Source: an uncultured Thermoplasmata archaeon (GTDB taxonomy: Archaea; Thermoplasmatota; Thermoplasmata; UBA10834). Taken from it: a stretch of DNA of 64,000 nt. The notes below the pieces were generated by a model. That model saw only the letters and a program-made list of their open reading frames with translations. It was not told the DNA's origin and ran no database searches. Below are positions 10,639 to 20,982 of this stretch, piece by piece. Position 1 is the first letter of the stretch; every line of letters begins with the position of its first letter. The stretch covers positions 287,741 to 351,740 of the forward strand of contig OY970070.1 of assembly GCA_963705355.1 (NCBI GenBank), read 5' to 3'. The translations under genes and the position numbers were made by a program.

Positions 10639-11961
10639 ATGTCTTTGTCATCTTCTAAGAGTTCTTCCGGGATAGATGACTTCCCGACGCCAATCGACCT
10701 CTCGGGCGTGTTCAGGAAGTACATCGGCAAACAGGTCAGCTACGCCACGCACGGGATTCACAGGTACCCCGCGAAGTTCATTCCCCAGATCCCGAGGTTC
10801 TGCATCGAATCGTATTCCGAGGTCGGGGACGATGTGCTCGATCCGTTCATGGGTTCCGGTACGACGCTGCTTGAATCCTTCATTCTCGGGAGGAACAGTT
10901 ACGGGATAGACATCCATCCGCTTGCACGGCTGATCGCGAAAGTCAAGACGACTCCTCTGAATCCGGAAACACTCTCGATGATGGCCGACAAGCTACTCTC
11001 TGACATCCGCAGCGAAACCGGAGAAAACGACTCCTGGATTCCTGAGATCCCCAATCGCGAGCACTGGTTCAGACCTCACGTTCTCTCCGAGCTAGCCACC
11101 ATCAAGAAGCACGTCTGGGGTCTCAGAGAGGGCGACTTCAAGGACTTCTTCAAGACATGTTTCTCATCCATCATCCGCGGGGTTTCCAACTCCGACGATG
11201 ATTCTCTGATCCCCGAGGTCACGACGTTCCACAAGAAGTTGGACGAGCAGGGAAAGACCTCATACGACGCTTTGTCAAGGTTCGAGAATGCCGTCAGGAA
11301 CAAGACGATCGACGCCAGGGATTTCTGGAGGCTGACACAGGAGGTGCTGAGGAAGCACAGAAGAGCCCCTGCGGTGAACATCGTTGGAAACGATGCAAGG
11401 GATATCGCCCTTGATGATAGCTCCATCGACCTTGCAGTCACCTCTCCCCCTTATGCGAGCGCAGTCCACTATGTCGGCGTTCACAAACTGGAGATGTACT
11501 GGCTCGACCTCATCAAGAGCACTGCGGAACTCGACAGCAGGGTCATCGGCACGTCGAGAGCATATGTGCGCGAGTACAGATCCTGGCAGCCGAACTCGAA
11601 TATCCCTGGGCTCATGCGCATTCTCGACGAATTGATGCTCAGAGACAGAAAGAGCGCTTACCTAGTGTACAGGTATTTCGATGAGATGAGGAAGAACTTC
11701 AACGAGGTGAACAGAGTGCTGAATCGGAACGGCAAGTACTGCGTCGTTGTAGGCGAAAACACATTCCGCAAGGTCCGAATACCTACGTACAGGATCCTGG
11801 CCAGCATCGCGAAGCGTTCAGGATTCGAAGTGGAGAAGTCCTATGTTTACGATGTCATAAACAGGCACATGGACATTCCAAGATGGAACGACAGCAGGAT
11901 CGAGAGGGACTACATCTTAGTTCTCAACAAGACGCGCAAGTCATTCGAGGGCTCCTTGTAG
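10639..11961 (+). CDS. Orphan amino-DNA methyltransferase (likely N4-cytosine)
   Basis: THGIHRYPAKFIPQ, motif I VLDPFMGSGTT, motif IV TSPPY; no adjacent endonuclease recognised. Confidence 0.88.
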   Translation: MSLSSSKSSSGIDDFPTPIDLSGVFRKYIGKQVSYATHGIHRYPAKFIPQIPRFCIESYSEVGDDVLDPFMGSGTTLLESFILGRNSYGIDIHPLARLIAKVKTTPLNPETLSMMADKLLSDIRSETGENDSWIPEIPNREHWFRPHVLSELATIKKHVWGLREGDFKDFFKTCFSSIIRGVSNSDDDSLIPEVTTFHKKLDEQGKTSYDALSRFENAVRNKTIDARDFWRLTQEVLRKHRRAPAVNIVGNDARDIALDDSSIDLAVTSPPYASAVHYVGVHKLEMYWLDLIKSTAELDSRVIGTSRAYVREYRSWQPNSNIPGLMRILDELMLRDRKSAYLVYRYFDEMRKNFNEVNRVLNRNGKYCVVVGENTFRKVRIPTYRILASIAKRSGFEVEKSYVYDVINRHMDIPRWNDSRIERDYILVLNKTRKSFEGSL

Positions 11962-12124
11962 TGCTCATGTTCTCCGATTCAAGATGCGATTGATACTCAA
12001 CGGGCGTTGAATCGCTGTGGCATGACCGCGGGCAATCACCGGACATGATGAAGCGCAGCGCCAGTGTCGCGAGAATAGCTTTATTCAGCCTTTCATCCTT
12101 ATCTCACGTCTGAGGGATGGGACC

Positions 12125-12667
12125 GTGGCTAGTGATTTGCCCCTGAAGTTCAGGTTGTCCAGATTGACAGTCGAGAGCCTCAGAAACCTCTGTGATTCTC
12201 AGAATGTCGCAGGCGGTTGGAATCTCCTGAAGGAGCAATTGGTTGGCTTTGTGCAGGCGAACATCGACCGCAGAACCCTGGAGGGCTTCTGCCGTGCCCA
12301 GGAAGAGATCTACTTCGTCGAGGGCATGGCGAAAGCAATCAAATGGTCTGCAAGCAAGAAGATCGTCGATCTGGACCCCGATAGCGATCACACCCTTGCC
12401 AATGCCGTGTTCACCATGAAACGTTCGGACGGATGGGAGGTATACAACGTCCGGTTCGTGAACCAAACCACAGACGACATCGCGACCTCATGCGAGTGCG
12501 TGGATTTCAGGGACAAGGGGTACTTCTGCCCTCACCAGATGGCGGTGTTGGTGCGATGCCTCGCAGAGGGCCTGTTTGCTCTCGATCAGTGGACGGGCCC
12601 TATGACTCCGGAGGCAGAGGATTTGATTCTCGCGAATGTCTTCAGGAGAAAGAGGCCCGCAAGGTAG
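12125..12667 (+). CDS. SWIM zinc-finger protein with N-terminal SAP/HeH-like motif
   Basis: CECVDFRDKGYFCPH (CxCxnCxH); N-terminal LSRLTVESLRNLC...LLKEQLV resembles a SAP motif. Confidence 0.75.
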   Translation: MASDLPLKFRLSRLTVESLRNLCDSQNVAGGWNLLKEQLVGFVQANIDRRTLEGFCRAQEEIYFVEGMAKAIKWSASKKIVDLDPDSDHTLANAVFTMKRSDGWEVYNVRFVNQTTDDIATSCECVDFRDKGYFCPHQMAVLVRCLAEGLFALDQWTGPMTPEAEDLILANVFRRKRPAR

Positions 12668-12746
12668 ATTCCTTTGTAGAATGGAGGCCGTCCAGCTTCT
12701 TCGTTGAACAAGGTTTATCTACGCTTACTCGTTTGTCCCGAAAGTC

Positions 12747-15368
12747 ATGGCACAATACGATTGGCGAGAGAGCGAGCCAAAGTGGCAGGCCAAATGGAAG
12801 GGGTGGGAGATCTACCGTTTTGACCCAAAGTCCAGGAGAAGAGTCTACAGCATAGACAATCCCCCGAGGTACGCCTCCGGAGCTCTGCATTTGGGCCATG
12901 CCTACGGGTACACGGTCATAGATTTCGCCGCCAGGTACAAGCGACTTAGAGGATACAATGTCTTCTTCCCGCTCTGTTTCGATGTGAACGGGACGCCTGT
13001 CGAAGTGCGCGTGGAGAAGGTCAAGGGGATAAAAGCCTCAGATGTTCCCCGCCAGGATTTCATACAGATGTGCAGAGAGTTCGCCGAGAAGCACATCGGC
13101 GAGATGGTTCACCAGTTCGAGATTCTCGGCGAGAGCATGGACCCGAGCATCTACTACCAAACCGATGCGGAGTACTACAGGCGGCTGACACAGATCTCCT
13201 TCATTCGGATGTTCAAGAAGGGTCTGGTCTACAAGGGTCACTTCCCCATCAACTGGTGCACAAGGTGCGGGACTGCGCTCGCAGAGGCGGAGGTAGAATA
13301 CGAGCCCCGAAAGACGAAGCTGAACTACATCAAGTTCACAGAGACTGAGTCTGGCAAGGAAGTGCTCATCGCCACGACAAGGCCCGAGCTGCTGAGCACG
13401 TGTCTTCTGGTCGCGGTTCATCCGGAGGACGCGTCCAAGAAGGACCTGGTCGGGAAAGAACTGCTGGTGCCAGTCTACAACAGGAAGGTGAAGGTCGTTG
13501 CGGACCCGAAAGTGGAGCCATCCTTCGGCACCGGCACAGTGATGATCTGCTCGATCGGGGATAAGGACGATCTTGAGTGGATCATGAAATACAATCTGCC
13601 GCTGGAGAAGGGCATAGACGAATCCGGCGTCATGACCTCACTCGCCGGCAAGTACGCGGGCATGAATGTGGTTGATGCGCGAAAGACAATCATCGAGGAT
13701 ATGAAGCGTGCGGGGCTGCTCGTGAAGCAAGAGGATCTTGACCAGAACGTAGGTGAGTGCTGGAGATGCAACACCCCCATCGAGTTCATCAAGGTCCCAC
13801 AATGGTTCATCAGGAGCCTTCAGTTCAAGGCCCAGGTCCTCGAGATGATTGACCAGATCGATTGGAACCCGGAATTCATGAAGATCAGGATCCAGAACTG
13901 GGTGAATTCCCTCGCGTGGGACTGGGTCATATCAAGGCAGAGGTACTTCGCCACAGCGATACCCCTTTGGGAGTGCCGGGACTGCGGCAATGTCCTCCTT
14001 GCAGAGGAGCACGAATGCTATGTGGATCCGACCGCAAAACCCCCGAAGGTCGACAAGTGCGAGGTGTGCGGGGGGAAGTATGTCGGGTCGACCGAGGTGT
14101 TCGACACCTGGATGGATTCCAGCATCTCTCCCCTCTTCAACACGTACTGGGAGAGAGACGAGAGACTGTTCAAGAGGCTATATCCCATGTCCATGAGGCC
14201 CCAGGGTCTCGAGATAATCCGGACATGGGCCTACTACACAATTCTGCGCGAGATGTTGCTCATCGGGGAGAAGCCTTGGAATGAGACTATGATTCACGGT
14301 TTCATCATGGCCCCCGACGGAACACCAATGCATGCGTCCGCCGGGAATGTCATCGACCCGATGCCGCTGCTTGAAAAGCACGGCGGGGACGCGATGAGGT
14401 ACTATGCGGCCACGTGTGCCCTCGGCATCGATCACGCGTTCAAAGAGCAAGAGCTCGTCCGCGGCGGGAGGCTCGCGACGAAGACCTGGAACGTAATGCG
14501 GATGGTGGGATCTGCCTGCAAGACGAAGCCCAGGAAGCCCAAGAAGATGCACACTGTTGATGAGTGGATACTCAGTCGGTTCGGGAAGCTGATTCTGCAG
14601 GTAGAGAAGGCCAGCGACAAGTATCGGTTCGACCAGGCCATGGCCGCGACAGAAGATTTTATGTGGCATGAGTTCGCGGACCACTACATCGAATTGGTGA
14701 AGCACAGGGCCTACAGTGACAAGGACGCAGGCGCTAGATACGCTCTCTACACTGTTGGTCTGGGCTTGCTCAAGCTGATATCCGTTTTTCTGCCGCATGT
14801 TGCCGAGGACGCATATCAGCTGAACTTCAAGGAACACGAGAAATCCATCAGCATCCACGTCTCTGAATGGCCAGAGCCTCCAAAGGAGAGTGAAGACTCT
14901 GAGAGGAAGGGAGAATCGATCAAGCAGATCGTCGCATCGGTCCGTTCCTGGAAGTCGTCGAAAGGGCTCTCGCTGAACGCTGAGATCAAAAGGGTCGAAA
15001 TCGTTGGGCCCGAGGCGGCCGACGTGATTGCGGGCTCGGAGAGCGACATCAAGGAGACCCTCAAGGCTAAGGAACTTGAGGTCCGCGCGGATGTCGCGTT
15101 GAAAGAGACAGTGTCGCGATTGAGGCCTGTGCACTCCAGGCTTGGGCCCTCTTTCAGGAAGGACGCGAAGGAGATCGCAGAGAAACTCGCGTCGATGCGT
15201 GGTTCTGGTGTCTTGGCCCCAGACAAGGGGGTTCTGATCAAGATGAGCGACGGAAGAGAAATCGCATTGTCTCCCGAGTTCTTCGAGGTCGAGAGGAAGG
15301 TCACTTCAGACAAAGGTGAGCTCGAGCAATTCATGGTCAACGAGTTCTCGGTGCTGGTGTATCAGTAG
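12747..15368 (+). CDS. valS: Valine--tRNA ligase
   Basis: DNPP..SGALHLGH (HIGH-like), ATTRPE, DWVISRQR, DTWMDSS, PQG.EII; KMSKS-like PMHAS; anticodon domain. Confidence 0.95.
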   Translation: MAQYDWRESEPKWQAKWKGWEIYRFDPKSRRRVYSIDNPPRYASGALHLGHAYGYTVIDFAARYKRLRGYNVFFPLCFDVNGTPVEVRVEKVKGIKASDVPRQDFIQMCREFAEKHIGEMVHQFEILGESMDPSIYYQTDAEYYRRLTQISFIRMFKKGLVYKGHFPINWCTRCGTALAEAEVEYEPRKTKLNYIKFTETESGKEVLIATTRPELLSTCLLVAVHPEDASKKDLVGKELLVPVYNRKVKVVADPKVEPSFGTGTVMICSIGDKDDLEWIMKYNLPLEKGIDESGVMTSLAGKYAGMNVVDARKTIIEDMKRAGLLVKQEDLDQNVGECWRCNTPIEFIKVPQWFIRSLQFKAQVLEMIDQIDWNPEFMKIRIQNWVNSLAWDWVISRQRYFATAIPLWECRDCGNVLLAEEHECYVDPTAKPPKVDKCEVCGGKYVGSTEVFDTWMDSSISPLFNTYWERDERLFKRLYPMSMRPQGLEIIRTWAYYTILREMLLIGEKPWNETMIHGFIMAPDGTPMHASAGNVIDPMPLLEKHGGDAMRYYAATCALGIDHAFKEQELVRGGRLATKTWNVMRMVGSACKTKPRKPKKMHTVDEWILSRFGKLILQVEKASDKYRFDQAMAATEDFMWHEFADHYIELVKHRAYSDKDAGARYALYTVGLGLLKLISVFLPHVAEDAYQLNFKEHEKSISIHVSEWPEPPKESEDSERKGESIKQIVASVRSWKSSKGLSLNAEIKRVEIVGPEAADVIAGSESDIKETLKAKELEVRADVALKETVSRLRPVHSRLGPSFRKDAKEIAEKLASMRGSGVLAPDKGVLIKMSDGREIALSPEFFEVERKVTSDKGELEQFMVNEFSVLVYQ

Positions 15369-15433
15369 CGGTCTTCCAGCAGCTACCGTAACTCGACAGT
15401 TTATAATAGTGCGATTGTGATTTGCAGCTGAAC

Positions 15434-15712
15434 ATGGACAAAAAGGACGAAGTCGTCGAAGTGCTTCGAAGCGTTCTCGACCCGCACACCGGCGTCAGCG
15501 TCTACGAAATGGGTCTGGTCTCGGACCTCGTGGTCACGGGGGATTCTGTAAGCCTCACATTCATGCCCACAAGCCCGTTCTGCCCAGTGGGGGTTGAGCT
15601 TGCTAAATCCATCAGGGACCATATCCTGTCAATCGAGGGAATGAAGAGCTGCAATGTGAAGGTAGTTGGGCATATCCGCGCGGATCAGATCAATGAGGCG
15701 CTCAGCGCCTAG
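15434..15712 (+). CDS. Fe-S cluster assembly factor (DUF59/SufT-like)
   Basis: VLDP..GVSVYEMGLV, PTSPFCP. Confidence 0.9.
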   Translation: MDKKDEVVEVLRSVLDPHTGVSVYEMGLVSDLVVTGDSVSLTFMPTSPFCPVGVELAKSIRDHILSIEGMKSCNVKVVGHIRADQINEALSA

Positions 15713-17114
15713 CGGGATTCCTTATCAAATCGATTTTCACACGCTTGTTCTGGATAGAGTATTGCTCGAGTCCCTTCATGGCTCTGAATGCGACGCTCTT
15801 ATGGATATCAAGGCGACTTGACTCGTCTCCGACCTCGACCGTACCTATCAGATGCTCGATGATACCGGTCTTGCGTTCGATGAACCGTATCAGGTCGACC
15901 ATCCCCACTCCGTCTCTCTTGCCGATGTTGATTCTGAAAGGCACCATACCGAAATGGTCAGCGTACTCCTCGAGATCCAGCTGTTTCTTCACCGTGTCCC
16001 TGCCCTGCGACTCGGGGACATCGTGCTCCTCGAGCTTGGTCCTCCCGAACATCTCAATTGCCTTCACCAGGTACTGCTCCTGCTGGCCCACGAAGGTGAT
16101 TGCCTTCCCGGATTTCCCCGCTCTTGCCGTCCTCCCTATTCTATGCACATAATCCTCGGGGTTCTCAGGTATGTCGTAGTTGATTACGTGGGTCACGTCT
16201 TCGATGTCCAGACCTCTTGCCGCAACATCCGTTGCGATGAGTATCCTCAGCTTGCCAGACCTGAATTTCTGCATGACTTTGTCCCTGACAGCCTGAGTCA
16301 GGTCTCCGTGGATGGCATCCGCAGAGTAGCCATAAGCCCGGAGCTTGTGTGCGAGCATGTCCACCATCTTCTTGGTCGAACAGAACACCATCGCCAGGGC
16401 AGGTTTCTCGATGTCCAGAATCCTGCAGAGGGCCCAGAGCTTGTTCTTCCTTCCCACGTTTATGTAGACCTGTTGCGCCTGGGGGACCGTGAGCGAGTCC
16501 TGGCTTATTATGACCTCCTTGGGGTTCCTCATGTATCTGCGCGCAAGTTCCTTGATCGCGTCTGGGAGGGTCGCGGAGAAGAGCATCGTCTGCCTGTTCT
16601 TCGGCACGCTCTGAAGTATCCACTCGATGTCATCTATGAATCCCATGTCAAGCATGCGATCGGCTTCATCCAGTACCAGGAACCTGACCCCCTCGAACGA
16701 GAGCTCTCCCCTCCTCATCAGGTCCATGACCCTTCCTGGGGTGCCAACAACGATCTCCACGCCCTTCCGGAGCTTGTCTGTCTGGACGTTGATCGACTGC
16801 CCTCCATAAATGGCAATAGACCTGACGTCCGAGTACTTGGCCAGTTCCGCGAAGTCTCCCGCGACCTGCATGGCGAGCTCCCTCGTGGGGACTAGCACGA
16901 GGCATTGAATCCTCCTCGACTTCTCCAGCTTTTCTATGATCGGGAGTGCGAATGCTCCCGTCTTGCCGGTTCCAGTCTGAGCCTGAGCCATCAGGTCTTG
17001 GTTGACCTGCGCCAAGGGTATTACTTGCTCTTGGACTGGTGTGGGATCCTCCCATTCCTGGTCCTTGATGGCTCTCAGAACGTTTTGATCATGAACTAGT
17101 GAGCTGAAATCCAT
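15702..17114 (-). CDS. DEAD-box RNA helicase (DeaD/CshA-like, C-terminal DbpA-type domain)
   Basis: AQTGTGKT, PTRELA, TPGR, DEAD, SAT, ARGLD, YVHRIGRTARAG. Confidence 0.96.
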   Translation of the reverse strand: MDFSSLVHDQNVLRAIKDQEWEDPTPVQEQVIPLAQVNQDLMAQAQTGTGKTGAFALPIIEKLEKSRRIQCLVLVPTRELAMQVAGDFAELAKYSDVRSIAIYGGQSINVQTDKLRKGVEIVVGTPGRVMDLMRRGELSFEGVRFLVLDEADRMLDMGFIDDIEWILQSVPKNRQTMLFSATLPDAIKELARRYMRNPKEVIISQDSLTVPQAQQVYINVGRKNKLWALCRILDIEKPALAMVFCSTKKMVDMLAHKLRAYGYSADAIHGDLTQAVRDKVMQKFRSGKLRILIATDVAARGLDIEDVTHVINYDIPENPEDYVHRIGRTARAGKSGKAITFVGQQEQYLVKAIEMFGRTKLEEHDVPESQGRDTVKKQLDLEEYADHFGMVPFRINIGKRDGVGMVDLIRFIERKTGIIEHLIGTVEVGDESSRLDIHKSVAFRAMKGLEQYSIQNKRVKIDLIRNPARR

Positions 17115-17222
17115 TCTCTCGATCTTCCGTCTCGCTTGTCGCCCGAGCTAAACTTATCGCACTATTTTAATCCATTGAGCATTCATACCTGTTCTAGGGT
17201 TCAGCTGGAGAGGAAGTACCAG

Positions 17223-17864
17223 ATGATGGCCAAAGCGCGAGAAGCCTGGCAGAGGCTCTACTCGAAACACGGACTCCAGTACGGAGGGAGCGGAGACATC
17301 GGACCTCTGGCACCCCATCTCAAGCCCGGGATGGTCGTCCTTGATGCGGGCTGCGGTGATGGGAAGACCACAGAGATCCTCGCCGGGAAGTGCGAAGTCG
17401 TTGGCTGCGACTTCTCCAGGGAGGCACTCGTTTCTCTCAGGTCGGAGCGCGACCGAGAAGGACTCGTGAATCTGGTAGAATGCAACATAATGAATCTTCC
17501 GTTTGAACCTGAAAAGTTCGATGCTGTCTCATGCGTTCATACCCTGTCACATATGCTCGAAAAGGATCGGGCCGCTGCCGCGCGAGAGATTGCCCGAGTC
17601 CTGAAGTCGGGCGGACATCTGTTCATCGAGGGGTTCGGCAAGGCTGATGTGAGGTTCGGCGAGGGTCAGGAAACCGAGGACTCGTCCTTCCTGAGGGGAA
17701 ACGGGATTCTGACTCATTACTTTCAGGATGGAGAGATACCTGCGCTCTTCGAAGGCATGGAGCTGATTTCCGAGATTGGGACCCTCAAACGCGTGTCCTT
17801 AGGTGCGATTGCCGGCAAGCGAGACCTCAGGAGGGCTCTCTTGAGGAAGACTCCAAACGATTGA
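17223..17864 (+). CDS. Class I SAM-dependent methyltransferase
   Basis: VLDAGCGDG, GCDFS, LPF..EKFD, RVLKSGG. Confidence 0.9.
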   Translation: MMAKAREAWQRLYSKHGLQYGGSGDIGPLAPHLKPGMVVLDAGCGDGKTTEILAGKCEVVGCDFSREALVSLRSERDREGLVNLVECNIMNLPFEPEKFDAVSCVHTLSHMLEKDRAAAAREIARVLKSGGHLFIEGFGKADVRFGEGQETEDSSFLRGNGILTHYFQDGEIPALFEGMELISEIGTLKRVSLGAIAGKRDLRRALLRKTPND

Positions 17865-17874
17865 GAATACTGAG

Positions 17875-17948
17875 TGCGGCCGCCGGGATTTGAACCCGAG
17901 TTTTGAGCTTGGCAAGCTCAAGTGATAACCAGGCTACACTACAGCCGC
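17875..17948 (-). tRNA. tRNA-Gly(GCC)
   Basis: Reverse complement GCGGCTGTAGTGTAGCCTGGTTATCACTTGAGCTTGCCAAGCTCAAAACTCGGGTTCAAATCCCGGCGGCCGCA folds as a cloverleaf with anticodon GCC; TATAAA about 30 nt upstream. Confidence 0.95.
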
Positions 17949-17978
17949 ATCGTTTGAGGTTCAATACAGACGGGCGAT

Positions 17979-19313
17979 TTATACCTTGTGCGAAGCATGC
18001 AGATTGGTTCTCCCTCGCTCGTTCCACCACGGAATTGCTTCTCCGACCAGATACAACGAACCTATCACGCAGAGCCCTCGGCCGCGAGTGTCTTTGGCAG
18101 AGTGATCGAATGCATCCTCGGAACTCTCAAATAGCTCTCGAGGTCCTGAGAACTCTTCGCCAACAATGCTGTCGAGTTTCTTTGCGGGCAGTGCCCTCTT
18201 GCACTTTGCCTGGGTCGAAACTATCTTCTCAGCTGCGGGTATCAGCGCCTTGACTATTCCTCGAGAGTCTTTGTCATCCATACAGCCAAGAACAAATGTG
18301 AGTGGAGTCACCTTAAGACTCTCCAGGACACCGACGGTCGTTGAGACTCCGTCCGGATTGTGGCTTCCATCGAACAGAATCAGTGGATTCCTTGAAACAA
18401 CGTCGAGTCGACCAGGCCACCGAGCTGCCATCAGCCCTCTCCTAATGTCTTCGTCGGTGATGAACACATCTCGTTTTGCCAGCTCCTCGACAATGGCGAT
18501 TGCGCCTGCCGCGTTTTCGGCCTGGTATCCACCCAGCAGATGAGTGTTCAGATTCCTGAGGTTCCTGTCCCCTGAATAGTCGAACTTGGTTCCATTAAGA
18601 GACTGTCGGATCGCGGTCACTTCGAAATCCTTTCCGATCCGCTTCAAAGGGGCGCCCTTCCTCTCGCAGGTGCTGGTGATTACAGCTAGAGCCTCTGGTT
18701 TCCGTTCGCACGTTACTACACTCATACCTTGCTTTACGATTCCCGCCTTCTCTCGAGCGATGTCCTGGATCGTGGTGCCCAAATAGTTCGTATGCTCCAG
18801 GCCGATCCTTGAAATGGCTGAGACCACGGGGCTGAGGACGTTGGTTGCGTCGAGCCTCCCGCCCATGCCGACTTCCGCAACGACCATGTCGACCCCCATC
18901 TCGGCGAAGTACTTGAACGCAAGGCCAGTGGTGAACTCGAAAAACGTGAGCTGTTTTTCCTTGTTCTCCTCCGCCATGGCTTCCATTACCTGGCGAAGGT
19001 TCGTCCCCAGCCTCACGACATCCTCCTCGGAGATCTCTCGTCCGTTTATCCTGATCCGTTCTCTGAAATCGACCAGATGCGGAGAAGTGTACAGCCCAAC
19101 ACGGAGTCCATGCTTTCTCAGGATTTCAGAGGCAAGCACGCAGATTGACCCCTTTCCATTGGTGCCCGCCACATGGATGGATCTGAGGTCGTGGTGCGGA
19201 TTGCCAATCCTTTCTAGGAACTCGGTGATGTTCTCAAGACCGAGCTTAATTCCAAACCGCTCAAGAGAGAACATCCACTCCTTGAACTCATTGTACCGCA
19301 TCGTTGGGGACAA
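17979..19313 (-). CDS. folC: Folylpolyglutamate synthase/dihydrofolate synthase
   Basis: IKLGL, IHVAGTNGKGS, YTSPHL..FRERI, TFFE, EVGMGGRLDATN, IAREKAGI, WPGR, DGSHNP, GSLYLVG. Confidence 0.95.
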   Translation of the reverse strand: MSPTMRYNEFKEWMFSLERFGIKLGLENITEFLERIGNPHHDLRSIHVAGTNGKGSICVLASEILRKHGLRVGLYTSPHLVDFRERIRINGREISEEDVVRLGTNLRQVMEAMAEENKEKQLTFFEFTTGLAFKYFAEMGVDMVVAEVGMGGRLDATNVLSPVVSAISRIGLEHTNYLGTTIQDIAREKAGIVKQGMSVVTCERKPEALAVITSTCERKGAPLKRIGKDFEVTAIRQSLNGTKFDYSGDRNLRNLNTHLLGGYQAENAAGAIAIVEELAKRDVFITDEDIRRGLMAARWPGRLDVVSRNPLILFDGSHNPDGVSTTVGVLESLKVTPLTFVLGCMDDKDSRGIVKALIPAAEKIVSTQAKCKRALPAKKLDSIVGEEFSGPRELFESSEDAFDHSAKDTRGRGLCVIGSLYLVGEAIPWWNERGRTNLHASHKV

Positions 19314-19355
19314 CTTCTCCCATCTTTTAAGGGCTTTGGAGGTCGTGTGCCGCCT

Positions 19356-20123
19356 CTATTCGCCCTCAGCGTTCATCCTCGCCGTCCAGTGGGAAAGGTT
19401 CAATCCCTGCTCCTTCGCCAGCCTTTCCATTGCTCTCAGCACTCCTGAGCTGTACTGGGCGGCCTTCTTGGGCCGATTGCGGGATGGAAGGCCCAGGATT
19501 TCGGCTACCTCTCTGAGGATGATCTTCCGACCGGCAGAACTGACTTTCTTTTCCAGCGGCGTGTCCACAGCTGCAGAAATGACCGTGGCGGTGGCGTATG
19601 GAAATCCAATGGTCTTGCCGAGTGCAGTGGCTTCTGACGCCAGCAGTCGGGCTTCACAGAGCATCTTCGTCAAGTCGGCCGCCATGGTCTCGGCAGGGTT
19701 TCCAACGCGAGAATACTTCGCGTAACCGCCGAACAGCTCATCTGCTCCGCTCCCAGCTAGAACGATTTTCTCTGCGGATCTCTGAAGAACGCAGAGGATC
19801 GGGATCGTGTAGGCGATTTTCACCGGATCGCTCGTATTGAGGATTCTTGATGCCCTTCGCGCAAGAGACTCCACATTCTCCGCCTTCAATTCTATCAAGC
19901 TCAGCTTCCTTCCTTCTTCATCGGCACACTGCCGCGCGTTGAGCGCGTCAAAGGATCCTTCTGTGGCACACGTGTAGCACATTACGCTCGTTTTCTCGCT
20001 GGCAAGTGCTGCAAGTATTGAGCTATCAAGGCCTCCAGAATAGGCGACAGCTGCCCTGCTCTCTTCAGCGATGAGGTCAGATACGGCGGCTCTCAACCTT
20101 GTGAGGAGAAGGTTCGAATTCAT
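19356..20123 (-). CDS. Asparagine synthase C-terminal-domain protein (no glutaminase domain)
   Basis: AYSGGLDSS, GSGADELFGGY, RKIILRE, RPKKAAQYSSG. Confidence 0.85.
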   Translation of the reverse strand: MNSNLLLTRLRAAVSDLIAEESRAAVAYSGGLDSSILAALASEKTSVMCYTCATEGSFDALNARQCADEEGRKLSLIELKAENVESLARRASRILNTSDPVKIAYTIPILCVLQRSAEKIVLAGSGADELFGGYAKYSRVGNPAETMAADLTKMLCEARLLASEATALGKTIGFPYATATVISAAVDTPLEKKVSSAGRKIILREVAEILGLPSRNRPKKAAQYSSGVLRAMERLAKEQGLNLSHWTARMNAEGE

Positions 20124-20296
20124 GATTGACACCAAGAGCCTCGCTCAACGACAAAAACCCATCGTCTTGGCGGGTCTGCGCATAGGCGACATTCTGGTCG
20201 TCTCAGGGCAGCCAGATGATGACCAAAGGCTTAAAAGGCATCGAGGTCATCTACCTGCAATCCCAGGTTTCGAACCCCCAAACGGAGGGCTCATTG

Positions 20297-20830
20297 ATGG
20301 CTGAAGACGACCTGATGAAAGTCAAAGTATGCTTTATCGGAGATGCAGGCGTTGGCAAGACGAGCCTGATCAAGAGATTTGTACTGGACGTGTTCGACGA
20401 CCGGTACATCGCAACGATTGGAACGAAGGTCACCAAGAAGATCGTCGACGTCGACGGCCAGGCGAAGGTCATGATGCTTGTCTGGGACATAATGGGCCAG
20501 AAAGGCTTCAGAGAGCTCCTGCGCGAGGCATATTTCTTCGGCGCCCACGGCGCCATTGCAGTCTGCGACCTCACGAACAAGGAGACACTCGAAGAGCTGA
20601 GATACTGGATCAAGGCCCTGACTGATGTTGCGGGCGATGTCCCTATCGTGTTCGCCGGCAACAAGGTCGATCTCGAGAACGACAGGGTCATCAAGGAGCA
20701 GGACCTGCAGGAGCTGGCTTCGAAGTACAAGGGGAAGTCATTCTTGACGAGCGCGAAGACAGGTCAGAACGTTGAGGCCGCGTTCAAGACCCTCGCTGAG
20801 GCGATGTCCGAAAGAATGAAGAGCCAATAA
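20297..20830 (+). CDS. Rab/Ras-like small GTPase
   Basis: G1 GDAGVGKTS, G2 YIATIG, G3 WDIMGQ, G4 NKVD, G5 TSAKTG; no C-terminal prenylation cysteines; GGAGG upstream of the ATG. Confidence 0.93.
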   Translation: MAEDDLMKVKVCFIGDAGVGKTSLIKRFVLDVFDDRYIATIGTKVTKKIVDVDGQAKVMMLVWDIMGQKGFRELLREAYFFGAHGAIAVCDLTNKETLEELRYWIKALTDVAGDVPIVFAGNKVDLENDRVIKEQDLQELASKYKGKSFLTSAKTGQNVEAAFKTLAEAMSERMKSQ

Positions 20831-20982
20831 TGGGCTAGTTTTCATTCCCAGTATTGATAACGACTTGAGAACACTTATAAGCCCAGCACAGTCTATAAAA
20901 TCGCACGAGAGGCGAGGCTAAATTGGCTGTGCGTTTGGGCAAACGCCTTATAGTGGTAAGTCAAACACAGTCCTTCGGACAC

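Noticed and set aside
15852..16895. Long antisense ORFs (e.g. 347 aa here, also 14178-15134 and 32235-33017)
   Set aside because: Antisense shadows of well-supported genes in GC-rich DNA.
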